Notes: generated from the letters alone by a model not told the origin. Numbered from the stretch's first letter, positions 16,501-25,774 are shown. The stretch: 32,000 nt of DNA from an uncultured Opitutales bacterium (GCA_934660865.1 CAKUIA010000019.1:1-32000), one strand, 5' to 3'. Made by a program: numbers and translations.

Positions 16501-17775
16501 CTATTTTTTAAGACCTAAGTGTTTTAAAATAAATTCGTGCTCTTGTTTGAAAAATTCGGGAGTTCTGTCGTGCGGAGTGTTTTGCATTGTCATATACGAT
16601 TTTTTGCCGCCGTAGTTGTTGTACATTGCCATTATCGAGCTGGGCGAACACGTTTCGTCCAAAAGCCCTATGGCCACAAACATTTCGGCCTTGGCCTTGG
16701 CTCCCAGCAGCGCCATGTCGTAATATTTCGAAACTTCGTTGGTTTCGCTTTGGCGCTTGTCGTTTACCCAGAAAGGCCAGGCCGACCTGCGGGCCTTGTA
16801 TACGCTGCCCAAGTCGCACATTGCGGGGGCGGCCGGGCAAATTGCGGTAATCTTGTCGGACAAATACGCCGCCATTACCGACTGCGCTCCCCCCTGGCTA
16901 AACCCGTGAACTACAAAGTGTTTTTTGTCGAAATTCGGGTGGTTTTCAACGGCCTTTAAAACCGAATAAAGCCTTTTAAACATTCCGTAAAAATATATTT
17001 GGGTTGGGTCGCCGTCTTTTACGCCGATTTGGTTGTAGCGTTTCAGAGCGCCGTTTCGCGCCGAATTTATCTCGTCGGCGGAGGCGTTGTAAAAGAACGG
17101 GTGCGGATTAAGGGTTATGCTTAAAGCCCCAAGCTTTGCGTATTTTACGGCGTCGTGCACGTTTGCCGAAAATGTGCCCGCCCCGTATACCGTAAGTATT
17201 GCAGGCAGCTTTTTAGAGCCTTTTGGCTTTGCCAAATAGCCCGAAGCCCTTACGGGCTCGGGCGAGCCTATTTCGCCGCCGCCCAAATCTATCACATAGC
17301 CGTAAAGCTCTACCGGGCCCTCGTCCCTAATTTTTGTAAGCGAGAATTTAAGCGGATATTTTGAAAGCTCTTTCTTTGCGTTGTTCCAAAACTCGTCGGT
17401 GTCTTCGGCCGGCGTGTTTGCGGGCAAAATCCTTTCGGGGGAAACTAGCACGCCGTTTCCGTTTAAGTGTTTTTTTGCGGCGGGCGAATTTTTTTCGACC
17501 GCGTTTTCGGCGGTAAATATAACCGCGCCGCACTCTTTGGGCAAAACCGAAGCCCTGCCCGATTCCAGCGAGCCTTCGGCCGCCTTATAGCCGTTTATTT
17601 TTGCCGACCACGAAGCGGTTTTAGGACAGTCTTGCACCGTAAACTCCACGGGGCTGCCCGCAGTCGCAATGTCGTTTTTTGCGTTGTTTTTAACCGATAT
17701 TTCGGCGTTTAGCGTAAACGCGGCAAAAACCAGCGCCGCCAGCGAAAATATATACCTTTTTACTGCAATCATCAT
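16501..17775 (-). CDS. Secreted alpha/beta hydrolase, acetyl-esterase (AXE1/CE7-like) family
   Basis: The 424-aa ORF has a signal peptide and a ~130-aa N-terminal extra domain. It has the GxSQGG nucleophile motif (HGFSQGGAQS) and a C-terminal His (TPHDRTPEF). It ends 4 bp before GH28 paralogue 2. Confidence 0.7.
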   Translation of the reverse strand: MMIAVKRYIFSLAALVFAAFTLNAEISVKNNAKNDIATAGSPVEFTVQDCPKTASWSAKINGYKAAEGSLESGRASVLPKECGAVIFTAENAVEKNSPAAKKHLNGNGVLVSPERILPANTPAEDTDEFWNNAKKELSKYPLKFSLTKIRDEGPVELYGYVIDLGGGEIGSPEPVRASGYLAKPKGSKKLPAILTVYGAGTFSANVHDAVKYAKLGALSITLNPHPFFYNASADEINSARNGALKRYNQIGVKDGDPTQIYFYGMFKRLYSVLKAVENHPNFDKKHFVVHGFSQGGAQSVMAAYLSDKITAICPAAPAMCDLGSVYKARRSAWPFWVNDKRQSETNEVSKYYDMALLGAKAKAEMFVAIGLLDETCSPSSIMAMYNNYGGKKSYMTMQNTPHDRTPEFFKQEHEFILKHLGLKK

Positions 17776-17882
17776 ATATGTGAAATTTTGTTAAAGGCCT
17801 AAAATTAACAGGCGGACACTGCAAATTCAAGCATTTTAACAAAGCTATACTTAACTTACATAAAACAAGATTGCCTGTAAAC

Positions 17883-17921
17883 AAAAAACCGAAATTTGCC
17901 CGCAATAAAGCGGCCGGCAAA
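17883..17921 (-). terminator. Probable intrinsic terminator after the MFS gene
   Basis: An imperfect GC-rich hairpin (TTTGCCCGC...GCG-GCC-GGCAAA, 17895-17921) lies directly after the stop. On the minus strand TTTCGGTTTTTT follows. Confidence 0.45.
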
Positions 17922-17926
17922 ACGCC

Positions 17927-19303
17927 CTACATCGACGACTTTCTTGCGGTATATTTCAAAGACTCGGCAATTTCGGGCAGGGTATTGTCTTTTTTGCAGT
18001 AAATTGCCCTTGCAATTTTCCTGATAGAGGGCCTGAAATACTCGAAAACAAGCGCGCTTACAACGCATATTGCGCCCGCAACAAAAAGCACCCATTCCAT
18101 GCCGAACATCTTCGACAAATAGCCCTGCAAAAGGCTGCCCAAGGGCTGCATACCGAAAAAGCACATTGTAAAAAGGCTCATAATGCGCCCTCTTTTGTTG
18201 TCGTCTACCAAACTCTGCAAAAGAGTATTGCACGACGCCGTTGTGGCTATAAGCCCGAAGCCCATAGGCACGCAAAAGAAGTATGTTAGCGGCATATTGC
18301 TTGAAAGCGAAACAACCATAATGCCTACACCCAGCATGCCCGACGAAAGCGTTATAAGCTTGCCCAGGCCCAACACGCTTTTGCGCGACGCCAAATATAG
18401 CGAAGACGCCAACGAGCCCAAACCTATAAGGCTCATCATATTGCCCAAAATTTCGCTGCCGCCGCCGAAACGGCCTACAAAGGCGGGCAAAAGCATCGGC
18501 AGCGGCGCGCCCCAAAAGCAGACGGTTGCAAGCAAAATAAGCAGCGCCCTAATCGGCAAAACCGACTTTGCATACGAAATTCCCTCTTTTATCTGCGCTA
18601 TTGCGTTTGCATTGGAAACCCCTTTGGGCTTTGTGTCGGCGTTAATCATAAACAGGGCAATCAATGTAGCCCAATAGGTTATAAAATTTATGGTAAAGCA
18701 CGCCGTTTCGCCTACGGTTGCCACAATAACGCCGCCTACCGCAGGGCCTATAAATTTTGTCCCGTTAATGGCTGTGGCGTTAAGCGCAATGGCGTTGCTT
18801 AGGTCTTCGGGCGGAACAAGCTTTGAGTATATCGACTGCCTTGTGGGGGCGTCGAAGCTAACCGTTATGCCGAATGCGAGCGAAATTGCCAAAATCCAGA
18901 AAAGGTTTACAAACCCCGTATACGTTAGCACCGCCAACATTGCCGACATAACCATAAACGCCGACTGCGTGCACAACAAAACCTTTTTGCGGTCGAACCT
19001 GTCGGCAACTACGCCCGCAAAGGGCGTTATAAACAAAACGGGAATTTGCGTTAAAAACACCGACAAGCTAAGCAGAAAAACCGAATCCGTAATTTTATAA
19101 ACCAAATAGCCCATAGCAACCTGCTGCATCCACGAGCCCAAAAGGGTTATAAACTGCCCCGAAAAATACAGCGCAAAATTGCGGTTGCGCAACGCTTTAA
19201 ACGTGTATTTAAAGATTGCCGCATTGCGGGGGACAAGCTCTTTTATGCCCGTTTTTCCCCACCTATATGCGTGTTGCGGTGTGCTGTTGCTGCTGTATTT
19301 CAT
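17927..19303 (-). CDS. MFS transporter (EntS/MFS_3-like, ~12 TM)
   Basis: The 458-aa hydrophobic ORF has an N-terminal block (LRNRNFALYFSGQFITLLGSWMQQVAMGYLVY) typical of this MFS subfamily. It does not resemble the ExuT hexuronate-transporter type by eye. Confidence 0.8.
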   Translation of the reverse strand: MKYSSNSTPQHAYRWGKTGIKELVPRNAAIFKYTFKALRNRNFALYFSGQFITLLGSWMQQVAMGYLVYKITDSVFLLSLSVFLTQIPVLFITPFAGVVADRFDRKKVLLCTQSAFMVMSAMLAVLTYTGFVNLFWILAISLAFGITVSFDAPTRQSIYSKLVPPEDLSNAIALNATAINGTKFIGPAVGGVIVATVGETACFTINFITYWATLIALFMINADTKPKGVSNANAIAQIKEGISYAKSVLPIRALLILLATVCFWGAPLPMLLPAFVGRFGGGSEILGNMMSLIGLGSLASSLYLASRKSVLGLGKLITLSSGMLGVGIMVVSLSSNMPLTYFFCVPMGFGLIATTASCNTLLQSLVDDNKRGRIMSLFTMCFFGMQPLGSLLQGYLSKMFGMEWVLFVAGAICVVSALVFEYFRPSIRKIARAIYCKKDNTLPEIAESLKYTARKSSM

Positions 19304-19311
19304 CGTTCAAT

Positions 19312-19358
19312 AAAAAAACGGCATATCGACAGATTGGATAAGTCGAAACGCCGTTTTT
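19312..19358 (-). terminator. Intrinsic terminator after topB
   Basis: The outer stem is AAAAAAACGGC (19312-19322) / GCCGTTTTT (19350-19358), with an inner TCGAC/GTCGA pairing. On the minus strand a T7 run follows. Confidence 0.55.
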
Positions 19359-19382
19359 ATAGAATTTATGTTGCGTAAAAAA

Positions 19383-21977
19383 CTATTCGGCGTCGGCCTT
19401 TTTTACCCTTTTAACAGTGCTTTTCTTTGCGGGTTTTTTGGCGGTAGCCTTTGCAGCCTTTTTTTCGGCTGCGGGCTTTGCCGCCCTCGGCAAAAATTCG
19501 AAAGATACGCCGCCCTTTTCGTTCAAAACCAAAAATGCCGAAAACTTTTTGTTTGTGCGCTTCGACACAAAGTCTTCTATAAGGGGTGTTTTGCCCTTTT
19601 CTATAAGCTCTTTAACTTCGGCGTTTTCGAATTTGTGCGAAAGCATTGTTTTGCCGAGTCTGAAGGCGTCTTTTAAAATTGCGCCGTCTTTTACGCACAC
19701 ATACGAGGTGGGCGTTTCGACAACAACCGAACCTTCGCCGTTTTTAATGGAGCCTGGGCAGTTCCCCAAAACCTCGGCTGTAGACAAGTCGAAGTCGGCG
19801 GGTGTTTGCTCGGCCGAAGTTTCCTTTGAATTGGGAAATTCGAATTTAATCTTCAGGCTGTCGTCTATATAGAGGCTCGCGTCATAGGGTTTGCCGGTTT
19901 TGTTGCTTTTAAAACCGGTAAGCGGGCCAATTCTTTTGTTTACAACCAGCTGTCTAACTTCGTCTTTCGACAGCTTTCGGTTGCCTATTGTCTTGTAGAT
20001 TTGGAATAGGCCGTCTTTTGATTTGTACGACCTAAAAGTTTCAAGCAATGTACCGTCTCCCGAAGGGGAGGGAATGTCGGTGGGCTGAACGTCCGCATCG
20101 GCCTCGTTAAAATTTTTTGTGACTTCGACAATATGCGTAGTCATATCGGATATCCCGTGCATAAAATCTTTTCTTGTTAGTTCTTTTTTCTCGATAAGCC
20201 TGAGTTTATGCTCCCAGTCTCCCGTAAGGGCGGGGCTTGTAAGCTCGTTAACCCCAACGGTTTTAAGAAATGTTATAAATGTTTGCGCCTTAACAGTGGG
20301 CAACAAGTCGCGTTTTTGCCTTTCCACAAATTTGTGGGATATAAGCGTTTCGATAATCTGCGCGCGCGTGGCTGGCGTTCCCAAGCCCTTTTCCTTCATG
20401 GCTTCGGCAAGCTCCTCGTCGTCTACAAGTTTGCCGGCCGTTTCCATTGCGGTAAGCAAAGTGGCTTCGGTATAGCGCGGGGGTGCTTTTGTAAACTCCT
20501 CCTCTATTCTGCCCTCGCCTACGGCGGCGTTTTCGCTGTCGGCCGCCAAAGCGGGCAATATGGCGGTACTTTCGCCCTTTTTGCCCGAATTATCGTCGGC
20601 AACGTCGTCTACCGACTGCTTGTTGTAAACTTCCAAAAAGCCTGCCGATTTTAAAACCTTGCCTTCGCTTTTAAAAAGGTGTCCGTCGCAAGACGTAGAG
20701 CGCACGGTAACGTCGAAAACCGCTTCGGGATAGAACGCCGCAATAAACCTGCGGGCAATCATATCGTAAATCTTGGCCTCGTCGGGGCTTAGTTTGCCCG
20801 AATTTAGCCCTGTGGGAATTATCGCAAAGTGGTCGCTTACCTGCTTGTTGTTGAAAATCTTTTTATTGAAAAAGTTTACATACTTTTCGTCCAAAGCGCG
20901 CTGCGCAAAGGGCTTGTATTCGCCCTGCAAAGACGAAAGCGTGCGCAAAACCACGTTGCCGTAGTCTTCGGGCAAAGCCCTTGAATCGGTACGCGGATAC
21001 GTTACCATTTTGTGCTTTTCGTACAGACTTTGCGTCAGGCTTAGCGTTTTGCCCGCGGGGAACGAAAACCTGTTGTTGGCCTCCCTCTGCAAAGTGGTAA
21101 GGTCGTACAAGCGCGGGGCTGCGCGCTTAGACTGGGTTTTCTTGTCGGTGGCAACAACGCTTTTGGCGTTTAGGGCTTCGTTCAGGATTTTCTCGGCCTG
21201 GGCATAGTCCCAAACGCGGTCGGCCTTGTCGGGAGAATCCTTGTCGGCCTTAAAGTCGGGCTTAATGTACACTCCAGTGTATTCGCCGTTGGCAACCTTA
21301 AAGTCGGCCAAAATTTTCCAGAACTTTTTGGGCTGGAAAGCCTCTATTTGCTCCTGGCGCTCGACAATCATGGCAAGGGTGGGCGTTTGAACGCGGCCTA
21401 CGCTTACCATTTCCTTTACGCGGCTGCCGTACATTCGGGTAGTTACCGCCCTTGTTCCGTTAATGCCTATAAGCCAGTCGGCCTCGCTTCGGCAGCGGGC
21501 GGCGTCTTGCAGCGACTCCATTTCGTCCTGGCTTCGCAGATTTGCAAAAGCCTCTCTAATGGCGTCGGGCGTCATCGAAGAAAACCACAAACGCATGCGC
21601 TGTTTTTTACATTTGCAGATTTCGTAAACGTATGTAAAGATAAGTTCGCCCTCTCGGCCCGCATCGCAGGCGTTGTACAACACGTCTATATCGGGGCGGC
21701 CCATCAGCGATTTTAGGGATTTTAGCTTCGGCTTTGTCTTTTCTATCGCCTTAAGGGTGAATTTTTCGGGAATGATGGGCAAGGTAGCCATGCTCCAGCG
21801 GGCGTATTTTTTGTCGATGTCGGCGGGCATGCAAAGTTCGACAAGATGGCCGACCGCCGACGAAACGACAAACTCGTCGTTTTCGTAGTAGTCGTCTATT
21901 TTGCGCATCTTGCCGAGCACGCGCGCTATATCGGCCGCAACGCTCGGTTTTTCGGCTATAACAAGCTTTTTCATCAA
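19383..21977 (-). CDS. topB: DNA topoisomerase III with extended C-terminal region
   Basis: The 864-aa ORF has a Toprim N-terminus (KLVIAEKPSVAADIARVLG), the type IA core (active-site region ...VTYPRTDSRALP...), two C-terminal ~47-aa repeats and a Lys/Ala-rich tail. Confidence 0.9.
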   Translation of the reverse strand: MMKKLVIAEKPSVAADIARVLGKMRKIDDYYENDEFVVSSAVGHLVELCMPADIDKKYARWSMATLPIIPEKFTLKAIEKTKPKLKSLKSLMGRPDIDVLYNACDAGREGELIFTYVYEICKCKKQRMRLWFSSMTPDAIREAFANLRSQDEMESLQDAARCRSEADWLIGINGTRAVTTRMYGSRVKEMVSVGRVQTPTLAMIVERQEQIEAFQPKKFWKILADFKVANGEYTGVYIKPDFKADKDSPDKADRVWDYAQAEKILNEALNAKSVVATDKKTQSKRAAPRLYDLTTLQREANNRFSFPAGKTLSLTQSLYEKHKMVTYPRTDSRALPEDYGNVVLRTLSSLQGEYKPFAQRALDEKYVNFFNKKIFNNKQVSDHFAIIPTGLNSGKLSPDEAKIYDMIARRFIAAFYPEAVFDVTVRSTSCDGHLFKSEGKVLKSAGFLEVYNKQSVDDVADDNSGKKGESTAILPALAADSENAAVGEGRIEEEFTKAPPRYTEATLLTAMETAGKLVDDEELAEAMKEKGLGTPATRAQIIETLISHKFVERQKRDLLPTVKAQTFITFLKTVGVNELTSPALTGDWEHKLRLIEKKELTRKDFMHGISDMTTHIVEVTKNFNEADADVQPTDIPSPSGDGTLLETFRSYKSKDGLFQIYKTIGNRKLSKDEVRQLVVNKRIGPLTGFKSNKTGKPYDASLYIDDSLKIKFEFPNSKETSAEQTPADFDLSTAEVLGNCPGSIKNGEGSVVVETPTSYVCVKDGAILKDAFRLGKTMLSHKFENAEVKELIEKGKTPLIEDFVSKRTNKKFSAFLVLNEKGGVSFEFLPRAAKPAAEKKAAKATAKKPAKKSTVKRVKKADAE

Positions 21978-21991
21978 TCCCGAAAGATAAA

Positions 21992-23071
21992 CTACTTAAT
22001 AAATTCGGGCAAAACCGAATCCAAAGCGGCTATCAATTCTTCGATAGTTTCCTTTGTTTCGTCGCCCATATTGGAAATGCGGAATGTCGTTCCCTTAATT
22101 TTTCCGTAGCCGCCGTTTATTATCATACCCGTGCGCTTCTTTAATTCGGAAACAAAGCCCGCCATGTCAATGTTAAGGTTGTTTTTAAAGCAGTTTAGCG
22201 TTACCGACGAGTATTTTTCTTCGGGGAAAAGCTCGAAGCCCTTAGAATAGCCCCAGTCGCGGACCATCTTGTTCGTGGCAATGTGGCGCGCGTATCTGTG
22301 TTCGAGGCCTTCGGCGAAGATTTCGTCGAGCTTGCTTTTCAAAGCCAAAATCAGCGAAATTACGGGAGTCGACGGAGTCATACCCTTTTCGTAGTTCTTT
22401 TGGAATTCCAAAAAGTCGAAATAGTAGCCGCGGTTGGGAACTTCTTTTGCCCTATCCAAAGCCTTTTGCGAAACCGAGCAAAACGACAATCCCGGGGGAA
22501 TGGCCAAGGCCTTTTGGCAGCCCGTTACCATAACGTCTATGCCCAATTCGTCTTTCTTAATGGGCATTGCCGAGAAAGAGCTTACCGTGTCGATAATCGA
22601 AACAACGTCGGGGAACTGCCTTATAACTTCCATAAGCGATTTGATGTCGCTCATAGTGCCGGTAGAAGTTTCGTTGTGGATAATGGTAATGGCGTCGTAT
22701 TTGCCCGTCGACAATTCCTTGCGAACCGCTTCGGGATCTACGGGTTTGCCCCAGTCGAACGAAAGGAGGGTTGCCTCTTTGCCGTTGCGCTTTGCAACAT
22801 CGTACCACTTGTCGGAGAACGAACCGTTGCCGCAATTTAACACCGCCTTTTTGCAGACGTTGTTTATTGCGCCTTCCATTACGCCCCACGAGCTGCTTGT
22901 GCTAAGATATACGGGGTCGTTCGTGTAGAACAACTGTTTTAGCAAAGGCTGTATGCCGTTGTACAGCGCAACAAATTCCTTGCTGCGGTGCCCCATAATC
23001 GGGGTAGTCATAGCCTTATAGGTCTTTTCGGATACCTGAATGGGACCGGGAATGAATAGTTTTTCTTTCAT
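21992..23071 (-). CDS. Class-V PLP-dependent aminotransferase (serine-pyruvate/alanine-glyoxylate aminotransferase-like)
   Basis: The 359-aa ORF has an N-terminal IPGP block, NETSTG and a PLP-lysine motif (TGCQKAL). The exact substrate is not assignable by eye. Confidence 0.75.
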   Translation of the reverse strand: MKEKLFIPGPIQVSEKTYKAMTTPIMGHRSKEFVALYNGIQPLLKQLFYTNDPVYLSTSSSWGVMEGAINNVCKKAVLNCGNGSFSDKWYDVAKRNGKEATLLSFDWGKPVDPEAVRKELSTGKYDAITIIHNETSTGTMSDIKSLMEVIRQFPDVVSIIDTVSSFSAMPIKKDELGIDVMVTGCQKALAIPPGLSFCSVSQKALDRAKEVPNRGYYFDFLEFQKNYEKGMTPSTPVISLILALKSKLDEIFAEGLEHRYARHIATNKMVRDWGYSKGFELFPEEKYSSVTLNCFKNNLNIDMAGFVSELKKRTGMIINGGYGKIKGTTFRISNMGDETKETIEELIAALDSVLPEFIK

Positions 23072-23097
23072 ATGTGTTGGTTGGTGTGGTTTGTAAT

Positions 23098-23469
23098 TTA
23101 AAATAAAGTGTTAAGCTTTTTAATTACCTTGGTGTTGTTTTCGGCCAAAGTAGCCGTTCTCGGAACCCAATTTTCGGCGTCCTTTTCGTCTATTTGGGCG
23201 AACGACATTATTACAAGCAAATCGCCCACTTTGCCGAGATGCGCGGCCGCTCCGCGTATGGAAAATGTCTTGCTGCCGGCTTCAGCCGGGATTGCATAAG
23301 TTTCGAACCTTGTGCCCGAATTTATGTTGCCTACAAGGATTTTTTCGTACGGGTGCATGCCGACAAGTTTCATCAAATCAATGTCTATGGCCAACGAGCC
23401 CTCGTAGTCTACCCTTACTTCGGTTGTAGTTGCACGCAACAACTTACTTTTTAGAACCTGAATTTTCAT
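23098..23469 (-). CDS. panD: Aspartate 1-decarboxylase (pyruvoyl-dependent)
   Basis: The 123-aa ORF has KSKLLRATTTEVRVDYEGSLAID, which contains the Gly-Ser self-cleavage site, and then FETYAIPAEAGS...IRGAAAHLGKVGD. It parallels E. coli PanD throughout. Confidence 0.92.
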   Translation of the reverse strand: MKIQVLKSKLLRATTTEVRVDYEGSLAIDIDLMKLVGMHPYEKILVGNINSGTRFETYAIPAEAGSKTFSIRGAAAHLGKVGDLLVIMSFAQIDEKDAENWVPRTATLAENNTKVIKKLNTLF

Positions 23470-23635
23470 TTAACTCCTTTTATGGTTATGAAAATCTACA
23501 ACTAATATACTTGGGGGGCTTTTCGTCAACTTTTATTTTGAAAGCGACTTTTCTACCCCGTAGGGGTAATTTTTTAAAAAGGCATAAAGCCGCGCGCCCC
23601 GCTTTGGGTAAAACGGAAATAAAATATAGGTAGCG

Positions 23636-25774
23636 CTACTCTTTATGCTCGGCAATAATTTTAAGGAATGTGGGCAAAAATGTTGCCGCCTTTTTTTCGC
23701 CTATGCCTTTTATGGACATAGCCTCTTGGGCATTTTCGGGCTTTAGGTCGGCAAGCTTTTTTAAAACCGTGTTGGGAAACACCATGTAGGCGGGAACATT
23801 TCCCCTTAGGTGGCAAAGCTGGTTTCGTTTAGATACCAGTTTTTTGTAAAGCTCGGTGTCGTCGGGCATTTCGTCGCTGGCGTAGGTTTTTTCGGCAATC
23901 TTTGCCCTGCGCTTTTCGCCCTTTTCGGGAATTTCGGGAAATTCCATATACGGGCTTTTTGCGTTTAGCATAACCTCTATGCCCTTCGAACTTAGCCCTA
24001 CAAGCGGGTAGTCGCCGCAGCTAAGCTCTATTAACGAGGCGTCTATCATGCAATCTATAAGCTTGGCGACAAAGTTTTTGCCGTATTCCTTTAAGATTGC
24101 GTAGGTAGAAAGCTCGTTTAAATGCGCCGAAACTATTTTTTCGTCTTTGCTGCCTACAAGGCATTTTACAAGCCTGTCTTTGCCGAAGCGCGGCTCCCAC
24201 ATATTTCTGCCCGTTTTGTAAGACATTCTAGCTACGCAGCTTAAAGCTTTTCGCACAATCTCCAGCTTTTCGCCTTCAACCGTTTCGGCCTTGTCGGAAA
24301 CGCCCGAACGGCATTTGTCGCACTTGCCGCAGTCTACGGCATATGTTTCGCCGAAATAGTCTAAAATCCATCTTTGGCGGCAGCCCGAAGAATACGCATA
24401 GGCCAAAACCGACTTTAATTTTCCCAAATCCCTCTGTTTTTTAAGCAAAAGCGCCTGCGCGTCTATAGGCAAATCCCTTTCGCTTAGGCTTAAGTCGCAA
24501 ATTCTTGTGCATTTTACGCGCCCCGTTTCGCCGTCGAAACGCTCTATAAGCGAGTATCTGCGCAATATGGACAAGGCCGACGAAACCGCCATTTGGTTCG
24601 CCTTTTTTTTGCCCCTTTCCGACAAAAGGTTTGTCATTTCCTCTATCGAAAGCTGGCAAAAGCCCTCTTTGTCGGACAAGTCGCGCAAAAGGCGGTAGCA
24701 TTTTTTTATGAAATCCAAATCTGGGTTTGCCCCCTCTATAAAAAATTCCTGAACCCTTTTGTCGGCATACATAAAAAGCATTTCGCAATAGGCGTCTTTG
24801 CCGTCTCTGCCGGCGCGCCCCGCCTCCTGATAGTAGCTTTCCATGCTGCCGCACAGTTCGTAGTGGCACACAAACCTTATATCGGGGCGGTCTATGCCCA
24901 TACCGAACGCGTTTGTGGCCACGGCCAACCCCACTTTTTTGGACATAAAAAGGTCTTGAGCCTCGTCCCTTTGCTGGGGCGACATCTTGCCGTGGTAGAG
25001 TATGTGCGGCACTTTTTCGGCGGCCAAATCCTCCGAAAGGCTTTCGGCGCTCTTTACCGTGGCGCAATACACAATCCCCGTTTTGTATTTGTCGTAAAGC
25101 TCCATAATTCTGTCGAGCTTTTCGGCTTTTTTCGACACGCTTCGCACGTTAAAGCTTAAGTTGGGCCTTTCAAAACCCGAAACAAAAACCGACGGGTTTC
25201 GCATGGCAAGCTGGTCTACAATGTCGCGGCGAACGTCTTCGGTGGCGGTTGCCGTAAAGGCCGCAACAACGGGGTTGCCAAGCAGCTTTGCGGCTTTGCC
25301 CAAGCGCATGTAGTCGGGTCTAAAATCGTGCCCCCACTGGCTTATGCAGTGGGCTTCGTCTATTGCAAACAGCGAAACATTTACCCCCCTTATGGCCGAC
25401 AAAAACGACTGCGCCTTAAAGCGTTCGGGGGCAATGTATAAAAGCTTTATTTTGCCGCTCTTTAAAGCCGAAATGCTTTCCCTTTGCTCTGCAAGGCTTT
25501 GCGCGCTGTTTATGCAGGCGGCTGCAATGCCCTTTGCGTTAAGGGAGTCTACCTGGTCTTTCATCAGCGCAATCAGCGGCGAAACAACAAAAGTTATCCC
25601 GTCGAACATAAGGGCCGGCAGCTGGTAGCACAAACTTTTGCCGCCCCCCGTGGGCATAACCGCCAAAGTGTCTTTGCCCGACAAAACGCTTTCTATAATG
25701 GCGCGTTGCGAGTGCCTAAAGTCTTGCAAGCCAAAACGCAGGTTAAGGCATTCTTTAAGTTTGTCGGCACACAT
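23636..25774 (-). CDS. recQ: ATP-dependent DNA helicase RecQ (long form with RQC and C-terminal HRDC)
   Basis: The 712-aa ORF has helicase motifs (MPTGGGKSLCYQLPAL, DEAHCISQWGHDFRPDY, ATNAFGMGIDRPDIRFV). It has a Zn-binding Cys cluster (CRQR...CGKCDKC) and a C-terminal HRDC-like segment (YMVFPNTVLKKLADLKP). Confidence 0.93.
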   Translation of the reverse strand: MCADKLKECLNLRFGLQDFRHSQRAIIESVLSGKDTLAVMPTGGGKSLCYQLPALMFDGITFVVSPLIALMKDQVDSLNAKGIAAACINSAQSLAEQRESISALKSGKIKLLYIAPERFKAQSFLSAIRGVNVSLFAIDEAHCISQWGHDFRPDYMRLGKAAKLLGNPVVAAFTATATEDVRRDIVDQLAMRNPSVFVSGFERPNLSFNVRSVSKKAEKLDRIMELYDKYKTGIVYCATVKSAESLSEDLAAEKVPHILYHGKMSPQQRDEAQDLFMSKKVGLAVATNAFGMGIDRPDIRFVCHYELCGSMESYYQEAGRAGRDGKDAYCEMLFMYADKRVQEFFIEGANPDLDFIKKCYRLLRDLSDKEGFCQLSIEEMTNLLSERGKKKANQMAVSSALSILRRYSLIERFDGETGRVKCTRICDLSLSERDLPIDAQALLLKKQRDLGKLKSVLAYAYSSGCRQRWILDYFGETYAVDCGKCDKCRSGVSDKAETVEGEKLEIVRKALSCVARMSYKTGRNMWEPRFGKDRLVKCLVGSKDEKIVSAHLNELSTYAILKEYGKNFVAKLIDCMIDASLIELSCGDYPLVGLSSKGIEVMLNAKSPYMEFPEIPEKGEKRRAKIAEKTYASDEMPDDTELYKKLVSKRNQLCHLRGNVPAYMVFPNTVLKKLADLKPENAQEAMSIKGIGEKKAATFLPTFLKIIAEHKE

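Noticed and set aside
17856-18515. A 219-aa minus-strand ORF overlapping the MFS gene in another frame. Similar R/G-rich overlapping ORFs are 24441..25067 in recQ and 15355..15669.
   Set aside because: Their Arg/Gly/Ala-rich composition is typical of off-frame translation. The overlapping genes are unambiguous.
23554-23575. A 6-bp hairpin (TACCCC-GTA-GGGGTA) followed by T6 on the plus strand, in the recQ-panD spacer.
   Set aside because: The T-run is on the wrong strand for the minus-strand genes flanking it. The stem is short with a 3-nt loop. I do not call it a terminator, so recQ-panD read-through remains possible.
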